Positions 49,895 through 64,000 of a stretch of 64,000 nt of DNA are shown here, piece after piece. How positions within the stretch are numbered: position 1 is the first letter of the stretch; each line of letters begins with the position of its first letter. Below the pieces are notes generated by a model. The model saw only the letters and a program-made list of their open reading frames with translations. It made no database searches and had not been told where the DNA came from. The position numbers were made by a program, and so were the translations under genes. This stretch comes from Lama guanicoe. Lineage: Eukaryota. Location: assembly GCA_013239625.1 (NCBI GenBank), contig MU053645.1:124001-188000 (forward strand), read 5' to 3'.

Positions 49895-52800
49895 AAAGAA
49901 GTGACACAAATAACCAATATCTCAGGTGGAAGGGGTTATTACTACTGATCCTATGAACTTTTAAAGATAATAAAAGAATACTAGGAACAACTCTATGTGT
50001 ACAATTTGATAACTTAAATGAAATGGACAAACTCCTTGAACAACGCAAACTCACAAAAAAAGCTCACATAAGGAAAAATAGGTCTTCTGTAGAATAGATA
50101 AACAAGATTACACTGTATAGCACAGGGAAATATACACAAAATGTTATGATAAGTCACAGAGAAAAAAATGTGACAATGAGTGTGTATATGTACATGAATG
50201 ACTGAAAAATTGTGCTGAACACTGGAATTTGACACAACATTGTAAAATGATTATAAATCAATAAAAAATGTTAAAAAAAGGAAAAATAGGTCATCTGAAT
50301 AAGTCTATATCTGTTGACTATATTGAAGTAATAATCAATAACCTTCCAAAAAAGAAATTACCAAGCCCAGATGGTTTCTCTGGTGGAGTCTACCAAACAT
50401 TTATAGAAGAAATGGTACTAATTTCCCACAATATTTTCCAGAAAATAGAAGTAGAAGGGATGCTTCTTAACTCATTCCATGAAATCAATATTTCCCTAAG
50501 GTCAAAATGAGAAAAAGACATCATAAGAAAGGAAAACTATAGGCCAGTATATATTGCAAACATAGATGCAAAAATCTTCACTTTAAGTCCAGTTCAACAA
50601 TCACATCAATGTACTCCAAAACATTAACAGGCTAAAGAAGAAAAATCATATAATTATATCAATTGATGCAGAAAAAGTTCTTGACAAAATCCAGTACCTA
50701 CTCAAGATGAAAAAATCTCAGCAAAATAGGAAGAGAGAGAAACTTCTACAACTTCATAAACAGCATCTACTAAAAACCTACAACTAACGTCATTCTTAAT
50801 GTTGAGAAACTGGACCCTATTACCATAATATCAGGACAATGAAGTCCTGCCTTGCCGCACTTGTTCAACATCATACTGGAAGTCCTAGTTAGTGCAGTAC
50901 AACAGGAAAAGGAAATGAGAAGTACAAAAACTGGGAAGAAAGAAATAATACACTCCTTAAAAATATTATTGTCTATGTAGAAAAGTTCATGACATTGACA
51001 AAAAATTCTGGAAATAATGTTAGTGTAGCAAGGTCACAAATTTCAAGGATAATACACAAAAAATAAATTGCTTTCCTAAATGCCTTCAATGAACAAATGG
51101 AATTTGAAATTTTAAAGATATCATTTACAATAGCACCAAATAAAATGAAATATTCAGATATAAATTTTTAAAAATTTGTGGACTCTATATGTGGAAAACT
51201 ACAAAACACTGATGAAAGAAACAAAATAAGATCTAAATAAATGAAGAGATGTTCTTTGTTCATAAATTAGAAGGCTCAGTATTACTAACATGCCACTTCA
51301 TCCCAACATGATACATAGATTTGATGCAATTACAATACAAATTTCAACAAGTTATTTTGTAGATATCAACAAAGTGATTTAAAAGCTTGATGGAAATGCA
51401 AAAGATCTAGAATAGCCTACATAACACTGAAGAACAGGAACAAAGTTGGAGTACACAAACTACTAAATTTCAAGATATATTGTAAAGCTACAGGAAACAA
51501 GACAGCATGGTGTTGGCAAAAGAATAAACAAATAGATCAATAGAATAAAGAGTCTAGAAATGGATCCATACAAATACAGTCAGCTGGCCTTTGACAGAAG
51601 AGCAAAAGTAATTTTATGGAGCAAGAATATTCTTTCAACAAATGGGTGGGAACAACTGGATGTCTGTATAAAGAAAAAATTAACCTAGACACTGACCTTA
51701 CACCTTTCACAAAAATTAACTCAAACTTGATCACAGGTCTAAGTATCAATCACAAAACTATAACCATCTAAAAGAAAATATTGGGAAAATCTAGGAGAGC
51801 TTGGGTTGGGTGATGAGTTTTTAGACTCAGAACCATTAGCACAATCCAAGTAAATATAAATTTAATTATTGATGACTTCGACTTTAACAATTTAATTATT
51901 TCTGTTCTGCAAAAGACACTGTCAAGAGAATGAAAATACTCTCCAGAAACTAGAAAAATATTTGCACAATCAATCATATCTGATAAAAGACTTGTGTCTA
52001 AATATATGAATAATACTTAGAATTCAACAGTAAACAAACAACCCAGTAGAAATGTGGGCAAATATTTGAATAGATACATCACTGAATAAAATATACAGAT
52101 GGCATAGAAGCATATGAAAAGATGTTCAATATCACTTGGCATCAGGGGACTGAAAATTAAAACAATGTAATACCAGTATAAACCTATTAGAATGGCTAAA
52201 GTCTAAAACACTGACACCATCAAACACTGGCTAAACTTTACAGCAACAAGAACTGTAATTCATTTAAGGTGTGAATGCAAAATGGTGCAACCACTTTGGA
52301 AAAGATTTTGGCAATTTCTTACAAAGGTAAACATTGTCTTATGATGCAGTGATCGATCTCCTGGTTATTTACTTAACTGATTTTAAAATTTATGTCCACA
52401 CAAAAACCTGTATTCACAATTGCCCTAAACTGGAATCAACCAAGATGCCTTTATACAGGAGAATGGATAAATAAACTGTGGGACACTCACACAATGGGAT
52501 ATAATTGAGTGATAAAATGAAAAGAACTATCAATCCATAGAAAGACATGGTTGAATTTTAAATGCATATTTTTAGGTGAAAGAAATTAATCTGACAAGGC
52601 CGCATAGTGTATGATTCCAGTTAAATGACATTCTGGAAAAGATAAAACTATAGAAACAGTAAGTAAGTATATCAGTAGTTTTCAGTGCTTCAGGAAGAAG
52701 AGGGATTACACAGATAAAGCATAGGTGATTTTTAAGGCAGTGAAACGATCCTGTATGATGCTGATATTGGTTATACAGCATTCTGCATTTTTCAAAATCC

Positions 52801-53340
52801 ATAGAAATTTACAGCATAAAGACTGAAAGTTAATGTATACAAATTCTAAAAATGATTTAGGAAGTCAGAGGACCTCATGAAGGAATGCAGACTGTGAAAA
52901 GAAAATCTAACTGTATTACAAATGTATAAAACAAATTCATATTAGAGGGTTGGGTGGGAAATGTGCTGACCTAAGTAAGTCTGTAAAATGAAAGATATAA
53001 TAAACTTCATATTAGCACTCTACTCTAGGTTATACAGTTTTTTTTCCCATTGGGGTATGGTTTAACAATTTTGAAACCAAATGCATGTAATACTGGAGTT
53101 TAACAATAAGTATATGGATGGAGAATGGTAGGAAATAGGTTTCTTACTATCAGAGGGAGTGGCTAGAGATAAGCAAGGAGAGAAGGCTAGAATGATCTAT
53201 GTGATAACAAACTAGAGTGGCAAAGAGACGTGTGTGTGTGTGTATACTAACCAGTGTATGTACACATATCTATAAAAATTTCTATATGTAACCATCTGTA
53301 TTATTACTGAGCTAAACATGAGTTTATACTGAGTTTACCA
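49895..53340 (+). mobile_element. Ancient LINE-1 (L1MB/MC-like) ORF2 and 3'UTR remnant
   Basis: IINNLPKKKLPSPDGFSG..YQTF and further degraded ORF2 and 3'UTR motifs. Confidence 0.85.
50085..50277 (+). mobile_element. Very short young L1 3'-end insertion with a perfect 15-bp TSD
   Basis: aaggaaaaataggtc at 50070-50084 and 50278-50292 flanks 193 nt matching the young L1 3'UTR and A-tail. Confidence 0.92.
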
Positions 53341-54379
53341 CAAGGATATCTAGTGAGGGGAGGGAAAGAGTGGCTATAAAAGGGCAATAGGAGGGATCTT
53401 TGTGTTGATGGAACTTTTCTGTATCTTGCTTGTATCAATGTACCATGCAATCATCTGTTTATGGACATTTAGGTTGCTTCCATGAAACTAACACAACACT
53501 GTAAATCGACTTTACTTCAATTTTAAAAAATGGGAATATTATGGTTGTGATTTCGTAACATATCACAATGTGTTACCACTGGAGGAAACAGGGTAACGTG
53601 TACACAATATCTTCCTATTCTATTTCTTCTTGGTATTTAGAATCTACCTTAATCCTACTCTGTGTCTTCTTTTTTCTCATACAATTTATCCCAATCTAAA
53701 ATTTCATATATTTTGCATACTTATTACATTTACTGTTTATTTTCTGTCCCTTCTAGAACATAATAGTCATGAAAGTGTATCTCCTTTTCTGTTTTATTCT
53801 TGATGTATCCCAACTATCTATAAAAGTGCAGACCATATTATGAGTTCAAATTTATTTGTAGAATAAAGCAAAGGTTATAAAAGTATCACTGTGTTTCTTG
53901 ATGGTATATCTAGCTCTGAATACAGCTTTCCTCCAGGAGCTCAAATTTGAATTGCATGGTGTCTCTCACCTTCCTTCTGTCCTGCTGGCAATAGATTTTA
54001 TACTTCTAATACTAACATAGCTCAAAGTGGTTCTACGTGTAGGCTCCTGTTTCTAGGGCCCTTCCTCTTACTAGTTTCTCCTTGAGAATCCCTTAGAGTG
54101 GTCTCATATGTAATCTGCATCTTGATCTAAAAATTTGCCCTACTCAGCATTAACTACCAAGCACTTTGCCTTTTATAAAAATTTTTTACTATGTATTTGA
54201 GAAGAAAATATGGGCATCTTTAAACCTTGACTCCCAAGTTTTTAAACAAACTTCAAATCGATACATGCTCCTGCTCCCTCAAAACGTATGCATTTTCCTT
54301 CTTCAGATTTCCAAGGAAGCTTTATACTTGTCCAACTCATCCTTTAACATCAAATTCCTCAAATTATATGTCTATAGAT

Positions 54380-55790
54380 ATAGCAGGTTCAGGAGCAAGG
54401 ACATCCTTCATTCTGCTTCTCTCCATCTTCCAATATACAGCCAAGCTGTACTTTTATTCAGCATCCTAATTGCTCATAAGAGTTGTATTTATTCAGTGTT
54501 TCCAATTCCTTTCCTCCCACTCTCTTTAATCAACCCCAATCAGATTTTTATCTGATTCACTTCTTTTTCCTGGAAATACTTTATTTTTACTTGGCTTTCA
54601 GGATTCCACATATTCTTGATTCTCCACTTACCACATAGTCACTCCTTTTTAGTCTTATTTTTTGTTTCTCCTAGTCATTTGAACCTCTAAAAATTGGAAA
54701 GGCTCAGGGCTCAATTCTCAGACCATTTTTCTTTTCAATCTACACTCACCGCCTATGTGATTTCATTTCATCTAATGGCTGTATTACTAGCTATACAATT
54801 CTTCAGCTGCCTACTTGACATCTCCTCATAGCTGTCTAAGGAAATTTAAAATTTGACATGTTTGAAACCAACTTACTGATCCACTCCAAACACACAAACA
54901 AAACACAGAAACAAAAACCCTACTGCACCTTTATTTTTCTCCATCTCAGTTCATTTCAGTTCCTTTTACTTGCATGGAACAAAAACCTTGGAATCATCCT
55001 TCACTTCTCTCTTTCTTGTACTCCATAAATAAAATTGATCTGGAAATCTGTTGGCCCTGCCTACGTACAATGTCTTCAGCGAACTACTTCTCACTCCCTC
55101 TAATGCTATTACCCTGGTCCAAGCCACCATCTTCTCTCAATTTGTTTGTTTTAATAACTTTTTAACTTCTTTTACTCTTGCTGTCCTACAGTTTATTTTC
55201 AGAAAGTCAGAGTAATCCTTTTAATATCTAGGTCAGCTCATACGTTTCTTCTGCATAAAACCATGTAATGACATACTCTTAGAATAACATCCCAAGTCCT
55301 TTAAATGGTCTAGACCTTAACTTTATGAATTCCTCTTCTGCTATTCATCACCTCAATCAACTATAGCAAGTCTGACCTCCTTGCTCCTTGAACATACGAG
55401 GTATGTTCCCGCCTCAAGAACTTTGTACTTGGTATTTTCTCTTCCCATGATGCACTTTGTTGAAATAGACACATGGCCTGCTCCCTCACCTCTTTTCAAA
55501 TCTTTGCTCAAATATTAACTCAGTGAGACTTACCCTGACCACTCTCTTTAAAACTGCAGCCAACAACTCCAGCACTCCTCCCCTTTAGCATTCTTTATTT
55601 TCCCATAATATTTCATCTTCTACAATTCTCTATAATTTACTTATTCAGTTTGCATATTTGGTGTCTCACTCTGCTAGAAAATAATATCCATAAGGACAAA
55701 GGATTTTGTCTCTTTTGTTCACTGCTATGTCACCAGCATCCAGAAGAGACTCAAAATGTTAGATACTCAAGAAAAGTTAGTGAATTTTGA
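54380..55790 (+). mobile_element. L2 remnant
   Basis: gcctacttgacatctcc, aaaaaccttggaatcatcctt and tttgttcactgctatgtcaccagca are L2 3' motifs. Confidence 0.7.
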
Positions 55791-57659
55791 ATCAAGCTCC
55801 ACTTGGACTGCTTTCAGGGCTATTATTACCTGGACGTGTGTCACACCCTGAATTCATCCATTCTCACCCTTGTTATCTAGCTGCCACTGCAAAAAACTCA
55901 GGTGATTGCTATTGCTGATTGCCACTCTGCACCTATAAGGGCTAGTTTCTGCTGCCATCGTTTGGGTCAAATTTGTCCAATGCCCCACTTCATGGATCTC
56001 CTGTCTGTTCAAATGCCACTGGTTATTTATTCCAACTCAGTACTCCAAACTACAGCTGAGGAGTTTGCCTGAGTCATTATCTTCATTGTGCACCATCACA
56101 TTGTGCTTTGGATATAATCATTTGTTATAATCATCTCTTGGGCTTAAACTTCTTGGAACTATAAGAAAATGCCTTTTAATCACATCTTTGTGCTGTTTTA
56201 GAAAGGTTTAATATTAAACATGCTAAGAACTCTTGTGCTGTAACACATTTAGTTTTATGCTCACAGCTATTTCTTCTCCTAGGACACAAAGGTGCCTCTT
56301 TGGAGTGGGGTCAAGATGGGTTCAATCATGTATGCCTTAATGTTGTTAGAATGCCACATATTATACCAATACTCACTGTTCCTTAACTTCAGTCTCTGTT
56401 ACGTGGTTGACTCATGTTACTAGAGTCTATATTCTGCCACTTTGGGTTCATTTGCAGGGCCACACAGTCTCTACTGTCGTCGTATCCTCCCCATATAGTT
56501 TGTCAGATGTGTCTCTATACAGAGCATATTGATCTTCAGTGTACAAAGTCAAGTTCTTCCCTAGGAGATGAATTGCATCTAACGAGGGGCTTCATCAAGG
56601 ATGACACTGCTAAGGTCTAGTCAGCACAGACTCAATCTCTTCCACATATCTGTCAGCTGTGTCTATAAGGAGGTTTATATGACAAAGAGGAAGCAGATTT
56701 AGTTTCACTTAGTTAAGATGCTTTTATTTCAGGAAGATTGTGTTCCAGCAGTATCAAAGAGTTGAGTATTTCTTCATGTGGATTTCTGGCAATATCATTG
56801 GGGAAAAGATCCATAGATTTGAAGGCGGGGTGGTCCTGTCTGGGAAAGCATTGTTCTGGTATAATCTGTAGGGACTAAGGCCTGACTGCATTCCTTGCCT
56901 TTAGTTCTCCATTTGAAAAATATTTTATCTTTATGATGGTTAGGATTAGGATCTGTGGCCAGTGACTAAGAAATTCAAACTTGCTTTTGCTTAAATACTT
57001 TAAAAATGTATCTCTCTTGTGTAAAATGTGGAGTTTCATGTTTCCAGGGTGACATGGCAGCTCTGATCAGTGAAATCCTAGAGAACTTAAACTCGTCCAG
57101 TTCACTGTCCACTTTGCTGAACAGGGCTCTCATCTTTAGGTCTGAGGCATCAGCCACATTCCAGGCAGCAGGACAGAGGAAAAAATGAAGAAAAAGGCAC
57201 AAATTGCAACCTTTGGCACTTTTATAAAGAAGGTTGTTGGATTCTGTCACTTGGCACTTCCACTTTCATCTCATTGGCCAGAACATAATCACATGTCACA
57301 CGTAGGGTGGCTCAGAAATTTATTCTTTATTCTAGGGAGCTACATTTTCAACTAAAAATACTATTATTTGGCTGATTGAATCTAAGGACCTATATCAGGC
57401 TTCATAAAAATGGGTATTAGGAGCAGTCTCTGCTACTACCCTTATTGATTAAGCTACCTTTAAGTTACATATATGTGTAGTACAGTTAACATCTATAGCT
57501 ATATGTGTGTGTAGGCAGGTGCTCATGTGTCCTGTATTAGTAGGCTTTATGGGAGAGGTGGTACAAGTTGAGATCATGGTTGAGTTGATTCCATTTTATT
57601 TTGCTATAAATGTAAAACTGCTCTAAAAAATAAAGTATATTAAAAATAGGGGAAAAAAA

Positions 57660-57890
57660 TTTGATCTTGAGTCAGCAGATCTCAGATTTAAATCCTGATT
57701 CTTCCACTTACAAGTCCTATGAACTTGGACAAGTTATTTCCCCTCCATGAACCTCAATTTTCCATCTGTGAAGCAGAAAAAACACCATCTCTTTGGGTTA
57801 TTCCAGTTTTAACATTCATCAGTAATATGTATAAATTGCTTAAGCACAGTATTTGACACATAGTAATTTCAACAATAGAGGCTAGTATTA
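57660..57890. mobile_element. MIR
   Basis: aaatcctgattcttccacttac...cttggacaagttatt...cctcaattttccatctgtgaa. Confidence 0.65.
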
Positions 57891-58229
57891 TTTATATATA
57901 TACACACACATGATTATTCACATAAAAACTTACTTATGTATATATCCGTATGGAAGCTGTGTAAACAACAGTTTCAAAATTGTTGTAACACTGTGTATCA
58001 AGTTTCGAGATAGTGTGGCTTTCTGAAAGGTCCCTAAATTCAGGAGTGCTGAATTTTAATTCAAATGATCTTGGGCAATTCACTTACTGTTTTTTCATTT
58101 CCTTCCTTCCTTCTTGCCTTCTTTCCTTCCATCTTTCTGTCACTTTCTTTTTTTCTTTCTTTGTATTGTATTATCATGGGTCATGAAAGGTAGCTGAAAT
58201 GCATTAGGGAAAGTATAAAGTACATCCTC

Positions 58230-58365
58230 CTTAGCATCCCTGGTCTCTTCACACCACATGCTAGTAGCACCCACACCACTCATTTGTGACAATGAAAACT
58301 GTTTCCAGACATTGCCAAATGTCCCCTGATGAACAAAATTGCCCCCAGTTGAGAACCACTACTCT
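58230..58365. mobile_element. MER20-like hAT fossil
   Basis: ttagcatccctgg...tgtgacaatgaaaactgtttccagacattgccaaatgtcccctg...ccccagttgagaaccact. Confidence 0.75.
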
Positions 58366-61300
58366 AGGCAATAAGATATTGAAAAATTAAGCAGTAAGAG
58401 TTATCAATTTAGAATATGAAATATTTAACAAAATTTTTATTAGAATGACATCAACTTAAGGCATTTTTCTTTTCTAGTCTCCTGGTGTATAAAGTTATAT
58501 AAGCCTTTCATTAACTATGGGTTCATAGTGGAATGGCATGCTGGAGGTAGAATTTTAAATAAGAAGGACAACATTCTATGATACTGAAATTGTTGTGCAT
58601 TCTTTAATGTTGCAATTGTTTTAAACAATCTAGTATGAAGTAGGATAATGAATATAAGTGTCACCTATATGTCCTACCCCTAGGCCTTCTAGTGAACTCA
58701 TCCAGCCCTTCAACATCTCAGCTTCTGAATACTCATTCTGAGCAAGGGAGTGAAATTTGGGGAAGAAAAAAGGCCTGAATATTTGTCATTTTTCTTGGAA
58801 AACTTCAAGAATATCACTCTATCTATTTTCATAAAATAATTAAATTCATACCTTGCATTTCTCATACTTGATCCTATAGCTCCACTTAGTGGCTGATATG
58901 GTTCAGAGGAAAAGCAAGTTTGAGTTTTCTTCCTAAGTCAGTAGGAAAATAGATGCTATTTTCATCTTCTGATTTTTTTTACAGCACTTACTTAAAATAA
59001 TTAAGTGAAGCAGAACAGTCATAGTTTCATCTAATCTCCTTGATAGATATTGCATTAGAGACCTAAGCTCAAGTCTAGGTCAGAGGACTCCTTTTCTCTC
59101 TTGTATTTTTGTTTTTTATTTTGTTCCAAAAGCAGCAATTAGACCAAAGTCGTGGAATCAAGGGAAAATGAATAGCTGGTGATAAGATAAAGGAGCTTTC
59201 CAGTGAGGACAGCGATTGTGAAGGCAGAGTTTATGAAAATATGTTTTTTGATGGGAGAGGCCTTTGTTATTTTACTATCAAAATAATACATGCAAGTTAC
59301 AAACAATTCAGAAAATTAAGAAGAAAAAATAAGATAATAAATAGTCCTACCTCTATGTATATAATTACTTTTAACGTTTTGGAGTGTGTGTGCGCGTGCT
59401 TTTATGCATAAGCTTTATAGAACAAATTGTTTTTCTCTCTGAAACCAATAGATAAAATTAAACTGAAGATTAATTTCAATTACAATTGAGGAACACAACA
59501 TCCATTGTTTGGTGAATTTTTGTAATTGAAAAAGTAATATATGGGTATAACTAAAAATTTTAAAAGTATGAAGGGATAGAAAATAAAAAATAGATATTTT
59601 ACTCAGAAACTATTTTTCCTTTCTCAGAGACATTGTCTATGTTAAATCTTATTATGTAATATAATAAGTAATATAAATAATATAATTCTTAATTATATTA
59701 TGTATATTTTTGCACCTTGTATTATCCCTTTTATGAATCAGAGAGATTTTTCCATATGGCTCACATAGATGTGCTCCATTTTTGTTAATAGCCTATTTTC
59801 TGCCCAATAGATCTACTATACTTTTTAAACAAATCACTTACTAATGGAAATTCAGTATTTTCCCCCTAGTCCAGTATTTTATTACAACCAATCTTGCAAC
59901 AAACATTCTTGTGCATGTAACTGTGTACATATGTGAGTATACCTGTAGTATGTATTTCTAGAAGTAAAATAGCTGGTTCAAAAAGAATGTGTGCTGAATG
60001 CTATTGTCAAATTGCCTTGCAAAGGGAGTGCAACAATAGCACATACAAGTGGTATAATATCAAAATCTTTAACTTTTGCCAATCTGATGGATAAAAAAAC
60101 AGTTACCTTTGTTCTCATTCTTGTCTTTTTCATTATGAGTGGGCCAAACATACTTGAATAAGTTTATAAGTTATGTATATTCCTTTTGATGACTATATTG
60201 TTCATATTGTTAACCTATTTTAGCCCATTGGATTTGTCTTAGTTTGGCTTCCACTCAAAGTAGAACTTGGGTTCAGATAGTTTATTTGAGAGATAATCTC
60301 AGAAAGCAAGAGTTGGAGAGTTGATAACACGAGAAAGAGAGGAAGGAAAGAATAAAAGGATGCACAGATACATTATTTAGATCACTGCAAGTTTTAGGGA
60401 AAAGATGGAGCAGACTCCTTTCTCTGTACCCCTTCTCACCAGGTACAACTGTAAACTCTGAAATTACAATGTATTTGGCAACCAAAGGAGAATTCTGAAA
60501 GGTGGTAAGGGGAAGGCAAGGAGGTTCGGGACTCCCAAGGCTGCAGAAACAACACAGTGGCAAGTTGTATAAAGTATTCCCAGCCTCCAACTGAGTAACA
60601 AGAGGTAGTCCAGATAGTCTCATTTCTCCCCACATCTAATGAGAGTCCCTCTGACAACATTGGGAAAGCCCAACACTACCAGAAAAGGAGATTTATCAGG
60701 AATTGCATGAGGAATAAGTGGCCAGGGGAGGTACTCTTCTTCCTCTCTGGGCTAGAGACTCCAATCCCACACTGGAAGATGCTGGCAACACCAGCAAGAG
60801 GGGTTCCACTACAACAGTCAGCCCAGCCTGGAAAGCTTCTTTGTCTCCACTAGCATGAGACTCCTCTTCCCCATCCAGAGACATTAGATTATCAGTAGAT
60901 GAGTTCCTAAAAGTGACCAGCCAGAGAAGTACTATCCATCAACCACAGACAGAGGAAACCATGTCACAATGACCTCAGTCCCAGAGAAGCCTCTTTGACA
61001 CATAGCCCAAGACTCCTCTCTCCCACCCAGAGACACCAGGTACACAGGCCTAGGGGAAACATCTTGCACCCCATAAGTAAGTGCCAGTGGGAGCTACAGC
61101 AGCACCAGATAAACCAAACAGACCAAAATGACACTGGAAAGCCTCTGAAAATAAATGAACTGTCATTGTAACCACAGGTCACAAAAATAGACCAGGACCT
61201 GGGTGTTAAATTTAGGCATGGAGGCTGACTGATCAGATAAAAGATTTAAATAGGAGTCTCCTAATATAATCAATACAATGTATAGGAAACAATATAAATC

Positions 61301-61399
61301 TGTCATACCAAGAACTAGGGAAATCATAACTTGAATATGAAAACATAATCAACAGATGCCAAAAGTAAGATGAATCAAATGTTGGAGTCATCTGGACAT

Positions 61400-63245
61400 C
61401 ACCATCATGGTACTATAAGTCACCCCTTGTGTTTGTCCCCCCACTTCAACAACAAACATTTACGAACAAAAGTGCCTCTGTGGTAGCTGTGGGATCCAAC
61501 ACCATATGCCAAAGGACCTGGGAGGAGTCTTACCCACCTGTGCATTGGGTGGTAGACAGATAGACCTCGGTACTAGTTGTGGAAACTGCAGGAGACTGTC
61601 AACTGGTTCTTTCTCGGCTATGATCTGGGAGCAACTGGAGAACACTGACTTGGGTAGACAGCTATGAATGAGAGTTTTTGTGGAAGTTCATATTTCCAGA
61701 GGAGAAATTTCAGCACTCTTTTGGAGCAAAAAAAAATTACAAGTTTGTACACATTGGAATGGGTAAAAGAAACTTCACTTTGCTAGCGTCACCTCTCCTT
61801 CAAGGCAGCACAGTTTAGGGCTAAATTAATCAGCCTGAGGTCTCTCCCAGGGGAGAATGGGAGAGAGAATAGGAAAACACATGGCTTCCCCAGCTGTGTG
61901 GGACACTGCCAAAGAGAATCACTTTTCTCTCACAGCACCCAGAATATTGACTTGGGAGCTCCGTGACTGGGGTGAAGAAACAGATCAGGGGAGTGGCATA
62001 AAAGATTCCTGGAGGGTATTAAAGGAAAATGATTCCTGGTGACTGCATTCTGGACTCCATTAGGAAACTTACCCACAAGCTCAGGGGAAATCTCAACCAC
62101 AGATTTCCTGGACTGGTCCAAGGAGACACACAGTGTACTGAGTACACACTCCTCCTCCAACTCTTCTCTGCAGCTGTCTCCCTGTGGTGGCCATGAGAGC
62201 GAGATTTGGAAGAAGATAGGGAATATGTGTAGAAAGCAGGCCACGTTTTGTGGGCAAGGGGAAAAGTCCAAAACTGAGCTGTAGTGCCTCCTTCAAGAAA
62301 ATAAAAGAGAGGCTATCAGCAGCTGGACTGATGCACTGTAGGATCAAGAGAAGCCATACAAGCTGAAGAATTCTGCCACAAGAGGGAACAGGAAACATGG
62401 AGCAGTTGTATCCATACAAGGTCTGAGAGAGCCTCAGAATTTACAGTAGAACTGATGAAAGGTATTTCTACACTGAATGTAGGTAATAAAGATTGGAGGT
62501 GGTGACTGTTATTTCAACTGTGAAAACAGCAAAAAAAACTTCAAGTGTCATGGAAAATCAAGGGAACATGACATCACAAAAAGATCACAATAATTTTCCA
62601 GTTACCAAACACAAAGATGTGGAGATCTATGACTTACACAATAAAGAATTCAAAAGAACTGTTTTAAGAAAACTCAGTGAGCTACCAAAAAAACACAGAA
62701 AGACAATTTAATGAAATCAAGAAAATGATACACAATCAAAATGAGAAATTTAACAAAGAGATAGAAATCATTAAAAAAGAGAACCAAGCATACAGTCTGG
62801 AGCTAAAGAATTCAATGAATAAAGTGAAAAAAATGCAATAAAGTACATAAACAGCAAAATAGATCAAAGAGAAGAAAGAATCAATGAAATCAGTGAGACA
62901 GAGGACAGGAACAATATAGAGTGGGAAAAAACCCTGTGTGGTCTACGTGAGACTTTCAATAAAACCAATATCCAAATCATTGGAGTTCCAGAAGGCAAAG
63001 AGAGAGGGAAGGGGTCAAAAGCTTATTAAATAAATAATGGCTGAGAACTTCCCACAACTAGGGAGAGATTAAGACAATTCATGAAACTAACAGATCACTC
63101 CATTATTTTAATCCAAAGCAATCTTCTCCAAGACACATGATAATAGAACTGCAAAAAATCAAATACAAAAGGAGAATTTAAAAGGCAGCAAGTGAAAAGA
63201 ACATTTGAATCTACAAAAGAAACTTCATTAGGCTATCAATGGATG
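61400..63245 (+). mobile_element. Old LINE-1 5'UTR and ORF1 remnant
   Basis: MENQGNMTSQKDHNNFPVT...KEFKRTVLRKLSEL, and atcattggagttccagaagg (IIGVPEG). Confidence 0.8.
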
Positions 63246-63246
63246 A

Positions 63247-64000
63247 TTTATTTATTTATTTATATTTTTATTGAATTATAGTCAATTTATAATATTATGT
63301 CAATTTCTGGTGTACAGCACAATTCTTCAGTCATACATGAATATACATATATTGATTTTCATATTGTTTTTCACCATGAGCTACTATAAGATATTGAATA
63401 TATTTCCCTGTGCTATACAGTATAAACTTGTTTATCTATTTTATATATATCCATCAGTATCTGCAAATCTCAAACTCCCAGTCTATCCCTTCCCACTCAC
63501 CTCCCCCTTTGGCAACCACAAGTCTGTATTCTATGTCTGTGAGTCTGTTTCTGTTTTATATATATGTTCATTTGTCTTCTTCTTTTTTTTTTTGATTCCA
63601 CCTATGAGTGATATCATATGGTATTTTTCTTTCTCATTCTGGCCTGCTTCACTTAGAATGACATTCTCCAGGGACATCCATAATGCTGCAAATGGCATTA
63701 TGTTGTCATTTTTATGGCTGAGTAGTATTCCATTGTATAAATATACCACTTCTTCTTTATCTAGTCATCTGTTCATGGACATTTAGGTTGTTTCCATGTC
63801 TTGGCTATTGTAAATAGCGCTGTTACGAACATTAGGGTGCATGTATCTTTTTGAATTAAGGTTCCCTCTGAATATATGCCCAGGAGTGGGATTGCTGTAT
63901 CATATGGTAAGTTTATTTTTAGTCTTTTGAGGAATCTCCATACTGTTTTTCATAACCGCTGCACCAAACTACATTCCCACCAACAGTGTAGGATGGTTCC
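63247..64000 (-). mobile_element. Young LINE-1 3' end, running off the window and inserted in the older L1
   Basis: MPFAALWMSLENVILSEAGQNEKEKYHMISL, same 3'UTR family, (TTTA)n tail at ~63247-63270. Confidence 0.9.

Noticed and set aside
54166..54555. 129-aa ORF in apparently unique sequence
   Set aside because: Non-ATG start, AT-rich low-information composition, overlap with the start of the L2 remnant and no splice support.
1..64000. Prokaryotic systems (CRISPR arrays, operons, retrons), rRNA or tRNA genes
   Set aside because: The sequence is mammalian with spliceosomal introns, the RT motifs all belong to LINE-1, and I saw no repeat-spacer array or structural RNA.

Overview
Mammalian genomic DNA, not prokaryotic. 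It is probably an artiodactyl; camelid is my inference from the TBG sequence, the young L1 3' ends and the absence of recognisable ruminant or pig SINEs. SERPINA7 is X-linked in placental mammals. The window holds one intact gene, SERPINA7 (thyroxine-binding globulin, + strand), with an HNF1/CEBP/TATA promoter at ~24.55-24.6 kb, a tiny non-coding first exon and four coding exons giving 412 aa. On the - strand at 2654-3514, next to a small CpG-rich promoter, is an acidic CT47 (cancer/testis antigen 47)-like frame of 287 codons broken by one in-frame TGA. A consensus splice donor sits just upstream of its ATG, so this promoter may also serve a second transcript, possibly PWWP3B/MUM1L1 (inferred from synteny). 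A ~1.15-kb segment is duplicated in direct orientation 13,056 bp apart (5260-6414 and 18316-19470). I saw no mismatch in its core, the edges are diverged, and it carries liver transcription-factor-like motifs upstream of SERPINA7. The rest is mostly LINE-1 of several ages, ERVL/MaLR remnants, L2/MIR, DNA-transposon fossils, microsatellites and one 485-N assembly gap. Repeat boundaries and family names are by-eye estimates.
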